This document shows, in pieces, positions 39,893 through 50,897 of a DNA stretch of 64,000 nucleotides. Below the pieces are notes generated by a model that saw only the letters and a program-made list of their open reading frames with translations, searched no databases and was not told the DNA's origin. Position numbers and translations under genes: made by a program. Each line of letters begins with the position of its first letter. Within the stretch, counting starts at the first letter, position 1. The stretch comes from Chloroflexota bacterium (lineage in GTDB: Bacteria > Chloroflexota > UBA11872 > VXOZ01): the NCBI GenBank assembly GCA_963663275.1, contig OY760183.1, positions 3,424,001 through 3,488,000 of the forward strand, given 5' to 3'.

Positions 39893-40224
39893 AGCAACCT
39901 GTCTCCTCTCCGAACGTTCCTCGACGGAAAAGCGGTTATGACCCGGCCGCTCACTGTTCCATCCTGCTCTCGATGATACTCCACCACGACCTTGGCATGC
40001 CTTCTGCTGAATGACGGGGATAGAGAGAACGTGAGGTAGAAGAGCTTCCTGTTGGAGTAGTCCCTGTCCTGATAGACGAGCAGCGGTTCGCGGATGGCCT
40101 GCTGCACGACCGCTGCATGCTCTTCCAACTCAGGGTGCTCCCGCAGGACGTGCAAACGCCACACGTCCGCGTCGCAGGAGACAGGGACGCCCTCGTAGTC
40201 GAGACATTCGAATTGGACCGCCAT
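39865..40224 (-). CDS. BECR/PBECR2-like nuclease-fold protein (putative toxin)
   Basis: W..HV..EHPEL...AI.EP..VY.D...FY...KVVV.Y...VITAF; overlaps its partner gene. Confidence 0.6.
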   Translation of the reverse strand: MAVQFECLDYEGVPVSCDADVWRLHVLREHPELEEHAAVVQQAIREPLLVYQDRDYSNRKLFYLTFSLSPSFSRRHAKVVVEYHREQDGTVSGRVITAFPSRNVRRGDRLLWASPTMPR

Positions 40225-40273
40225 CTATGGGCCACGCTACCGGCGGACTGCGCCGCCGCGCAATGGGCGGATG

Positions 40274-41380
40274 TCACTCCTCCTCCCCTCCCGCAGACCG
40301 ATAGACCCTGAGCACGGTCTCGGTGGGGACGTAGTGTATGCCGCGCCCTCTGCCGCGACGGACGAGCAGCCCTGCCGCCACCATGCCGCGCAGGTGCCTC
40401 GCCGCCGTCTGGTTGCCGACGCTCGTGAACTCGCGGTAATCGCTGTTCGTGATGACTCCCAATCGGCAGGCAACCCACAGTCCGATGAGCCGGTCGAAGT
40501 CGCCCCATAACTGCGCCGCGAACGCATCTCCGAGCGCATCTGCCTGCGCTCTGATCAGCTGTTCCCTGGCGGCGGCAGCGTTGGCCTGCGCTGCGTGGGC
40601 GTGGAGGTAGTAGTCCGTCCACGGCGTCACGTCGCGGTCCTGGGGGTCGTAGGTCGGCCCGAGCGAGTCGGCTATCGCCCGATAGTAGCCCTGCGTGTCG
40701 CGCCCGAAGTACGCCTCCAGCGAGACGAGCTCCTGCGACCGGTAGCCCGCGAGGTAGAGGACGAGCGCTTCGAGGATGCGCGCCGTACGCCCGTTGCCGT
40801 CGTCGAACGGATGGATAGCGACGAAGTTGAGGTGGGCGAGCGCGGCGCGGTAGTAGGGGGGCAGTCCCTCGCGCGCCGTGTTGAGCCACTGCACGTACTC
40901 TTCCATGAGCGGCTGGACACGGTCGGGCGGCGGAGGGCGGAAGAGCGGGCGTTGCGTTGCGCTGTTGATGACGAAGTTCTGCACGAACCGGTACTGACCG
41001 GGGTTGTAGCCGCCGGGCAGCGACTTGGTGACGAGGAAGTGGATGGTCTTGACCGTCTCCTCTGTGATGCGCGGCGAGGCTGCGTTGGCGACGACCTGGA
41101 CGTACTCCATCGCCTCGCGGTAGTTGAGCGCTTCCTGCTGCTGGCTGACCGGCGCGGCGATCTGCCGGCCCCGCAGCAGGCTCTCGACCTGTTCCAGCGT
41201 GAGGGTGTTGCCCTCGATGCGGGTGGAGTAGTGGACGCTGAGGGCGATGGCGTGCCGCCGCAACTCGCCCATGTAGGCATCGGGGGCATCCTGGTAGCGG
41301 TCGAGGGTCTCGCGGGCGCGCTGGAGCTCGTCCAGCAGGCCGCTGGCGTCGAGCGACGGGGTGAAGCGCAGGTAGAGCAT
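40274..41380 (-). CDS. Fic family protein (class II) with a C-terminal wHTH
   Basis: HPFDDGNGRTAR; STRIEGN; ITNSDYRE...TAARHL..MV..GLL.R.G.GRG..Y. Confidence 0.95.
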   Translation of the reverse strand: MLYLRFTPSLDASGLLDELQRARETLDRYQDAPDAYMGELRRHAIALSVHYSTRIEGNTLTLEQVESLLRGRQIAAPVSQQQEALNYREAMEYVQVVANAASPRITEETVKTIHFLVTKSLPGGYNPGQYRFVQNFVINSATQRPLFRPPPPDRVQPLMEEYVQWLNTAREGLPPYYRAALAHLNFVAIHPFDDGNGRTARILEALVLYLAGYRSQELVSLEAYFGRDTQGYYRAIADSLGPTYDPQDRDVTPWTDYYLHAHAAQANAAAAREQLIRAQADALGDAFAAQLWGDFDRLIGLWVACRLGVITNSDYREFTSVGNQTAARHLRGMVAAGLLVRRGRGRGIHYVPTETVLRVYRSAGGEEE

Positions 41381-41407
41381 GGCGACCGTAAGCGACGATT
41401 AACCCGG

Positions 41408-41450
41408 TGCATCACACGATTCAATCGTGTGATGCATGCATTCTAATGCA
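41408..41450 (-). promoter_or_regulatory. Operator/promoter of fic
   Basis: Perfect 14-bp IR TGCATCACACGATT-C-AATCGTGTGATGCA, then TGCATT-CT-AATGCA containing TAGAAT on the minus strand. Confidence 0.7.
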
Positions 41451-41489
41451 TCAACGGCTATGCGGCTACGCGCGGATGGCGTGGAGGGG

Positions 41490-44456
<2,967 letters not shown>

Positions 44457-44490
44457 GGGGCTAGATGGTATCACCTGCGCGGCGTTCGCC

Positions 44491-44838
44491 CTATCCCTGC
44501 GCTCGCGGCAGCGGGCGCCCCGGCAGGCGCGCCCAGACCTCGTCGCCGCGCACGAACGTCTCGAACGCCGTCGCGTCGTACGTGTAGCGGTCGAGGCACT
44601 CGCCGGTGACGATGTCGAAGATGGCCGAGTGCAGCGGGCAGATGACCTGCCCCGGCTCGACCGTGCCCCAGGAGAGCATCGCGCCCTGGTGCGGGCAGAA
44701 GTTCTCCAGCGTGCCGGTGCGCTCCCCGTCCCAGAAGACGGCTATCTCCCACCTGCTGTACCGGGGGTGCTCGATCTCGATGGCGAGCACGCCCTTCTCC
44801 TGCACCTCGCCCAGCGGGCAGAGGTAATACTCGTTCAC
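44491..44838 (-). CDS. Rieske [2Fe-2S] ferredoxin
   Basis: CPHQG...CPLHSAIFD; GTG start overlapping the upstream stop. Confidence 0.85.
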   Translation of the reverse strand: MNEYYLCPLGEVQEKGVLAIEIEHPRYSRWEIAVFWDGERTGTLENFCPHQGAMLSWGTVEPGQVICPLHSAIFDIVTGECLDRYTYDATAFETFVRGDEVWARLPGRPLPRAQG

Positions 44839-45251
44839 TGGATCTCCAGGAGGGGCTGACCGGCCTCGACGGCCTGGTCCTTCTTGATCTTCACGCCCTT
44901 CACGACGCCGCTGCGCGCCATGCGCACGCTCTGCTCCATCTTCATCGACTCCAGCAGGCAGATCTCGTCGCCCGCCTCCAGTTCCTGCCCCTTCGTGACC
45001 GTGACGGAGACGATCTTGCCCGGCAGCGGACAGCGGATGACGCGCTCGTCGCCCTGCGTGATGCCGCGCAGACCGGGCAACTCCGCCTTGCGGGGCGTCG
45101 AGCGCCGCACCGGAACGCCGGCGTCTCCCGGGTTCCCGACCTCGACCGTGTAGCTCTCGCCGTCCACGACGACCTCGACCGGGTTCTGGAAGAGGTCGGC
45201 GATCTCGACGTCGTACCAATCGTCGTTGACTCGCACGCGCATCCGTTTCAC
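44835..45251 (-). CDS. Biotin carboxyl carrier protein
   Basis: PLPGKI...LESMKME biotinylation motif. Confidence 0.9.
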   Translation of the reverse strand: MKRMRVRVNDDWYDVEIADLFQNPVEVVVDGESYTVEVGNPGDAGVPVRRSTPRKAELPGLRGITQGDERVIRCPLPGKIVSVTVTKGQELEAGDEICLLESMKMEQSVRMARSGVVKGVKIKKDQAVEAGQPLLEIQ

Positions 45252-46735
45252 TACAACACTCCGTTGCTGAGGCGGTTCACCATGGCCATGCGCCGGCCGT
45301 GCATCCGCCACCTGCTGAACTGTATCTGCTGCGGGGACTCCTGTTCCAGCGCCATGGCGACCGCTATCGCGGCGGCGAGCGCGCTGTTGCGCGCCGGTTC
45401 GTTCAGCATCCGCTCCAGGAACGCGTTGTCGAACGCGCCGCTCCTGAAGTCCTTGTGCTCCAGCACGCGCCGGACGAGCGGGATGTTCACGACCGGCCCC
45501 TCGACGACGTACTGGTCGAGCGCCGCCTGCATGCGGGCGATCGCCTCCTCCCGCGTCTCGCCGTGGACGATGAGCTTCGCCATCATCGACTCGTAGTGCG
45601 GCGACACCTCGTAGCCCTGGTACAGCGCGCTGTCGACGCGCACGTGCGGCCCCTCCGGCTCGACGAGCACCGAGACCGTGCCCGCGGTCGGCAGCAGCAT
45701 CACCGGGTCCTCCGGGTAGATGCGCGCCTCGATGGCCGCCCCGTGCCGGCGCACGTCGCTCTGCGAGAGCGGCAGACGCTCGCCTGCCGCGACCCGCAGC
45801 TGCAGCTCGACGAGGTCCAGCCCAGTGACCATCTCCGTGACGGGATGCTCCACCTGCAGCCGAGTGTTCATCTCCAGGAAGTAGAACCGCTCCTCCTTCG
45901 CGTCGTACAGGTACTCGATGGTGCCTGCGTTCGTGTAGCCGATGCTCTTCACGAGCCGGACCGCGGACTCGAGCAGTGCGCTCCGCACCTCAGGCGTCAG
46001 CTTCGCGCACGGCGTCTCCTCGACCACCTTCTGGTTGCGGCGCTGCACCGAGCAGTCGCGCTCGAACAGGTGCAGCGCCTTGCCGTGGTGGTCCGCGATG
46101 ACCTGCACCTCGACGTGCGACGCGTTCTGGATGCGGCGCTCCATGTAGACGCGGCTGCTGCCGAAGGCGTTCAGCGCCTGCGACCGGGCGCGCGTCACCG
46201 CCTCCTGCACCTCCGAGATGTCGTTCACGACGCGGATGCCCATGCCGCCGCCGCCGTCCGCCGCCTTGATCATCAGCGGGAAGCCGATGCCCCGGGCGAT
46301 GGCCACGGCCTGCGCGTCGTCTATCTCGCCCTCCGCGCCCGGGCTGATGGGCACCCCGGCCTCCCGCGCGAGCCGCCGCGCCATGATCTTGTCGCCCATC
46401 TGCGCGATGACCTTCGACGACGGCCCGATGAACGTGAGCCCTTCCTTCTCGACCGCCTCGACGAACGACGGGTTCTCGGAGAGGAAGCCGTAGCCGGGGT
46501 GGATGGCCTGCGCCTTGACCTTCCTGGCCGCCTTGATGATGTTCTCGCCGTTCAGGTACGACTCCGACGCGGGCGCCCCGCCGATCTGGACGGCGCGGTC
46601 GGCCATGCCGACGTGCTTCGCCTTCGCGTCGGCGGACGAGTACACCGCGACGGCCTCGATGCCGAGACGCTGGCAGGTGCGGATGACGCGGCAGGCGATC
46701 TCGCCGCGATTGGCGATGAGCACGGTGTCGAACAT
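45251..46735 (-). CDS. accC: Biotin carboxylase (acyl-CoA carboxylase alpha subunit)
   Basis: LIANRGEIA, HPGYGFLSEN, GGGGMG, RDCSVQRR, EMNTRLQVEHPVTE. Confidence 0.93.
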   Translation of the reverse strand: MFDTVLIANRGEIACRVIRTCQRLGIEAVAVYSSADAKAKHVGMADRAVQIGGAPASESYLNGENIIKAARKVKAQAIHPGYGFLSENPSFVEAVEKEGLTFIGPSSKVIAQMGDKIMARRLAREAGVPISPGAEGEIDDAQAVAIARGIGFPLMIKAADGGGGMGIRVVNDISEVQEAVTRARSQALNAFGSSRVYMERRIQNASHVEVQVIADHHGKALHLFERDCSVQRRNQKVVEETPCAKLTPEVRSALLESAVRLVKSIGYTNAGTIEYLYDAKEERFYFLEMNTRLQVEHPVTEMVTGLDLVELQLRVAAGERLPLSQSDVRRHGAAIEARIYPEDPVMLLPTAGTVSVLVEPEGPHVRVDSALYQGYEVSPHYESMMAKLIVHGETREEAIARMQAALDQYVVEGPVVNIPLVRRVLEHKDFRSGAFDNAFLERMLNEPARNSALAAAIAVAMALEQESPQQIQFSRWRMHGRRMAMVNRLSNGVL

Positions 46736-46790
46736 GGGATATCAGTGTAACGGGCGCAGCCGCCCCCGGCCAACCACATCTGGCCAGGGT

Positions 46791-46816
46791 GTGCCATTAA
46801 GTGCCAAAGTGTGCCA
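46791..46816 (+). repeat. GTGCCA x3 at exact 10-bp spacing
   Basis: Copies at 46791, 46801, 46811. Confidence 0.65.
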
Positions 46817-46838
46817 TTCCACTCCTGCACCCCGGCCC

Positions 46839-47071
46839 GTCGTTCCTGCGGAGGCAGGAACCTCGTATCCTTCCCGCCCCGCTCATCCTGAGCCTGTCGA
46901 AGGACCGTGGCCGACGGCCCTCCGCCGTCACCGACCAGCGTACGCGCCCCAGCCGCGACCGCGAAAGGGGCGCGTGTCACGAATCCTCCCGCCATCCCCG
47001 CCCCTTCCGCCATCCCCGTCCCCTTCCGTCATTCCCGCACCCCTCCGTCATTCCCGCGCAGGCGGGAATCC
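46839..47071. repeat. REP-like palindrome cluster at the left border of the Mza island
   Basis: GTCGTTCCTGCGGAGGCAGGAACC 46839; GCTCATCCTGAGCCTGTCGAAGGA 46881; three partial units, then GTCATTCCCGCGCAGGCGGGAATCC 47047-47071. Confidence 0.8.
46934..46980 (-). repeat. Conserved ~47-bp element, copy 3 (minus strand)
   Basis: Reverse complement reads GTGACACGCGCCCCTTTCGC-GGTCG..-CGCGTACGCTGGT. Confidence 0.8.
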
Positions 47072-47095
47072 AGAGGGGGCGGGTAGGGTGGTGGG

Positions 47096-47510
47096 CTACA
47101 AGCGCACGGGGATCGACGTTTCAAGCCGTTCAGCAAGAACCGCCGGGTTCTTCGTCTCACACTCCCAAACCGTGATGACCGTCCAGCCCAAGCCCTCCAA
47201 CTCGCGGCGCTGGCGCTCGTCCCGTTTTCACGTTCTCTTGGAACTTGGCTTCCCAGAATTCACGATTAGTCTTCGGGGTGTACGCGAATCGACAGCCAGG
47301 ATGGCGGTGCCAGTAGCAGCCATGCACGAGGATAACCGTCCGCCTACTGGACATTACGATGTCTGGTCGGGCAGGTAGGTTCTTCTGGTGTAAACGATAC
47401 CTGTAGCCCATGCAATGGAGTAGTGAACGCACCAGTCGCTCAGGAGTGGTATTGGAGCCTCTGATGCGCGACATATTCCAACTTCGATGTTCAGCAGAGA
47501 GGCTGTCCAC
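47096..47510 (-). CDS. vsr: Very-short-patch repair endonuclease Vsr, with an apparent 1-nt frameshift at T4 47225-47228
   Basis: RSWNMSRIR..NT.PE, PDIV, HGCYWH.H; after the shift RDERQRRELEGLGWTVITVWECE. Confidence 0.9.
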
Positions 47511-47524
47511 TATGCCACCCTCTC

Positions 47525-49060
47525 TCACGACTCAAAGAGTTCGGCTACCCGCTCCGCAATCTGGCTTGACAGCAGAGGAGGTACAGCGTTCCCTACCTGG
47601 CGATACTGCTCAGTGCGGTTGCCTTCAAAGAAGTAGTTGTCAGGGAATGTCTGCAATCGGGCCGCTTCCCTCACGGTGAGGCTTCTGCATTGCGCAGGAT
47701 CGTAATGGATGTAGTAGTGTCCGTCTTTCTGGATGTGACTCACTACAGTACGAGATGGTGCGTTCTGAGGCACGACACTGAACCGGTCAGCGAAATGAAT
47801 ACTCTTCAAGGCGTTGTAGATGTTCTGGTGATTCGGCATCAGGCCTGCGGGAAAATCACTGACCCGGAAAGGGCGCTCCGAATTCTCCATGAAACACGAT
47901 GCAAAGAGATAACGCCAGAGGTCATCGATGCGATGAGCCCTGGCTTCGTGATTCAAGGTTCCCGATAGACGTTCGTCTTCGAACCAATCGGGTTCATAGT
48001 CGCATTGAGAAGGGACATCCAGGAACCGTAGCGAACCTCGATCGCTGGACGGGACGGTGAGATTCTCAAGCACTTCGATGATTCTTTGCTGGAGAGGCTG
48101 TGGTATCTGTTGCCACCAGGAATGGTCGAGTATGCTCAGGATGGCCTCAACCCATGCTTCGGGGCTATCCTGAGTCGAAATCCCACTGCGTACGAAAGGC
48201 AGGCCGTCCAAGACCTCCATTGCGCTGACGGATTCACCTGCCCGTAAGAGTGGTTCGGGGTGCTTCTGAATATCATTACGGACACCTATAATGATAACCC
48301 GGTGGCGCGCTTGAGGAACGCCGTAATGCTCTGCTTTGACAACAAAATCGTTGGGATTGATTGGTTCACATTCTCCATTGACAGGCAACCTTCCAGCGGA
48401 AATAGGATACAGTTTGTACGTGTAGTTATGCGACATACAGATACCGTCTGGTGCTAGAGCTTGTGCTGGATCGGCCAAGTCAGCCAGCATGCGATAGAAG
48501 ATGGACCGGTCACGATACGATGAACTGAGTAAGCCTTTGACATTCTCGAAAACGAAGACACTTGGCCAGTAGCTTCCAATGATACCGAGGTACTCGCGAT
48601 ACAACTCGAAACGGACATCGGTATCGGGGTCGTAATGATCGAGCGATTGGTTTTTGACTCGACCAATCGTGGAGTACGCTTGGCAAGGCGGACCACCTAC
48701 CAAGACCCAATCATTGCTGCCGCGGATTGCTCTTGCTAGAGAGGCTTTGATGCGAGTATGATCCTGCGTTTTGCTGCCAAGTTCGACCTGTAGGCACCGC
48801 CGAAATGCTTCAGCTGCTTCAATGGGGTATTGCTGACACAGTTCAGCCCGTGTGATTCGGCCTGCCAGGTACGCATAATACTCATCTGGCATTTCATCTT
48901 TGGAGAATTGGTGAAAGAAGCTGCGCAACCAGAGAGTCTTGATAGGCGCATTATCCTTTTCTATTGAGAGGCGTAATTCGAACGGAGGCGAACTGAATCC
49001 TTCTCCTAATCCGCCGCACCCGGCGAAGACATCCACAACGGGTATGTGGCGAGTCATCAT
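47525..49060 (-). CDS. dcm: DNA (cytosine-5) methyltransferase (MzaE-like)
   Basis: FAGCGG, GGPPCQ, ENVKG, PQARHR, LTVREAARLQTFPD, QVGNAV. Confidence 0.95.
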   Translation of the reverse strand: MMTRHIPVVDVFAGCGGLGEGFSSPPFELRLSIEKDNAPIKTLWLRSFFHQFSKDEMPDEYYAYLAGRITRAELCQQYPIEAAEAFRRCLQVELGSKTQDHTRIKASLARAIRGSNDWVLVGGPPCQAYSTIGRVKNQSLDHYDPDTDVRFELYREYLGIIGSYWPSVFVFENVKGLLSSSYRDRSIFYRMLADLADPAQALAPDGICMSHNYTYKLYPISAGRLPVNGECEPINPNDFVVKAEHYGVPQARHRVIIIGVRNDIQKHPEPLLRAGESVSAMEVLDGLPFVRSGISTQDSPEAWVEAILSILDHSWWQQIPQPLQQRIIEVLENLTVPSSDRGSLRFLDVPSQCDYEPDWFEDERLSGTLNHEARAHRIDDLWRYLFASCFMENSERPFRVSDFPAGLMPNHQNIYNALKSIHFADRFSVVPQNAPSRTVVSHIQKDGHYYIHYDPAQCRSLTVREAARLQTFPDNYFFEGNRTEQYRQVGNAVPPLLSSQIAERVAELFES

Positions 49061-49418
49061 CGGAACGCGTCGACTTCTTCAGGGAGTAGTCCAAGCAGGC
49101 GCTCTCGGGTGACCACGTACATATCCCAAGTGGGGTCTACTTGGTTCAGAACAGCGGCTAGCCAACGTGGGCTGTTAGGCTCCTGCCCTCTGGTGCACCG
49201 TACAAAGGGCGCTTGGGGTCCCGAGCCTGCGGTCAGCACAGGGCGGGTCGCCCCTGCACCCTGCGAGGATAGTGTCCGTGCGGTTGCCAATACAACGACC
49301 TCTACTATAATTTGCCTTGTAAGGCCTCGTGGACAGGTACGCCCTGACCACTCCGGCAGCTTCCTGATGTTATCCCCTCCGGCCAACACCGGCTAGGTTC
49401 GCCTGACGATGGAGATAG

Positions 49419-50897
49419 ATGCGCACCGTTGACCTTCCACCTCATCCTTCGCCGCTCATCGAGAGCATGAGCGACATCGGGTATTCACTGAGCACAGCCC
49501 TTGCCGACCTTATCGACAACAGCATCACCGCGGGCGCAACGACCATCCATGTACTCGCCGATGACGGAGAGTCCCCGTTGAGAGTCGGACTGCTGGACGA
49601 CGGAGCGGGGATGAGCGAGGCGGAACTCTTCGAGGCGATGCGACTGGCGAGTCGCAGTCCACGTGAAGAGCGGGTGCATTCCGACCTCGGTCGTTTCGGC
49701 TTGGGTCTGAAGACTGCTTCATTCTCGCAGTGCCGGATGCTGACCGTTGTTACCAGAACTGAGGGTATGACGGCGTGCGCTCGCTGGGACCTGGATCGTG
49801 TCGCAGTGTCTGGCGGGTGGCTCGTGGAAGTTCCCGATGACTTGGCATCCATCCCATGGACAGAACTGCTCGGGGACACCGGCACACTCGTCGTCTGGGA
49901 GAAACTCCACGCAGATTCGGGTACTGGGGCATCTGATCAGGACGTCGCTGACTTCGTACGTCAGCTGGACGAGGCTCGGTCCCATCTTGAGCTGGTCTTT
50001 CACCGCTTCCTCGAAGGCGGGCCGGGACACGCGAGGATCCGCATCTCGCTGAACCACCGGCCATTGGAGCCGTTCGACCCGTTCCATTCCAATCATCCCG
50101 CGACAATTGCCGGACCCGCGGAGCGGATAAGGGTGGCGCGTGAGTATGTGCTTGTGCAGCCATTCACCCTTCCACACCACGGGAAGGTCACCCCTGGGGA
50201 GTGGGAACACTACGCGGGGCCTGAGGGGTACGTCAAAAACCAGGGCTTCTACGTGTATCGGGAGAGACGGCTGATCATTCATGGCACCTGGTTCGGGTTG
50301 GCACGACAGACCGAACTCACGAAACTCGCGCGCGTTCGCATCGATATGCCTAACTCGCTTGACGCTGCTTGGAAGATCGACGTCAAGAAAGCATCGGCGC
50401 AACTGCCTCCAGCAGTTCGAGAGCGCCTGAGGCGCATCATTGAGCCCATGGGAGCCGCCTCCAAGCGTGTGTACACGACCCGGGGACGGAGGCTCATCGA
50501 GGAGAACCGGATCCCTGTCTGGACCAGAGTTCAGAACAAGAACCAGATTCTCTACAGAATCAACGATGAGCACCCGATGATTGTGGGTCTTCTGTCACGA
50601 CTGCCTGCGGAGGCGCGCGGTGACTTCCTGCGGATCATCGAGGTTGCTGGAGCATCCCTGCCATTGGACGCGCTCTTCGCTGACCTCGGCGGCGGGACGG
50701 ACGCGGTTGTCGGCAGTGCCACCTCCGAGGAGGCTTTGCGTTATGCTGCCCTCACAACGTTTGATCACCTCATGAAGACGGCGAAATCAAGAGCCGACGC
50801 GCTCACCATCATGCAGGCGGCGGAACCGTTCCGCTCGAACTGGCAGCGCACAGCGCAGATGCTCGACACAGCGAATGACGAGGAAACAAGAGAATGA
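49419..50897 (+). CDS. GHKL/MutL-MORC-like ATPase (MzaA-like)
   Basis: GYSLSTALADLIDNS, DDGAGM, DLGRFGLGLKTASFS, KLARVRID, IDVKK. Confidence 0.9.
   Translation: MRTVDLPPHPSPLIESMSDIGYSLSTALADLIDNSITAGATTIHVLADDGESPLRVGLLDDGAGMSEAELFEAMRLASRSPREERVHSDLGRFGLGLKTASFSQCRMLTVVTRTEGMTACARWDLDRVAVSGGWLVEVPDDLASIPWTELLGDTGTLVVWEKLHADSGTGASDQDVADFVRQLDEARSHLELVFHRFLEGGPGHARIRISLNHRPLEPFDPFHSNHPATIAGPAERIRVAREYVLVQPFTLPHHGKVTPGEWEHYAGPEGYVKNQGFYVYRERRLIIHGTWFGLARQTELTKLARVRIDMPNSLDAAWKIDVKKASAQLPPAVRERLRRIIEPMGAASKRVYTTRGRRLIEENRIPVWTRVQNKNQILYRINDEHPMIVGLLSRLPAEARGDFLRIIEVAGASLPLDALFADLGGGTDAVVGSATSEEALRYAALTTFDHLMKTAKSRADALTIMQAAEPFRSNWQRTAQMLDTANDEETRE

Noticed and set aside
44457-44490. LexA box upstream of uvrA
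   Set aside because: No GAAC-N4-GTTC-type site is visible.
47225-47228. vsr frameshift as phase variation
   Set aside because: The run is only 4 nt, too short for a contingency tract; probable read error.
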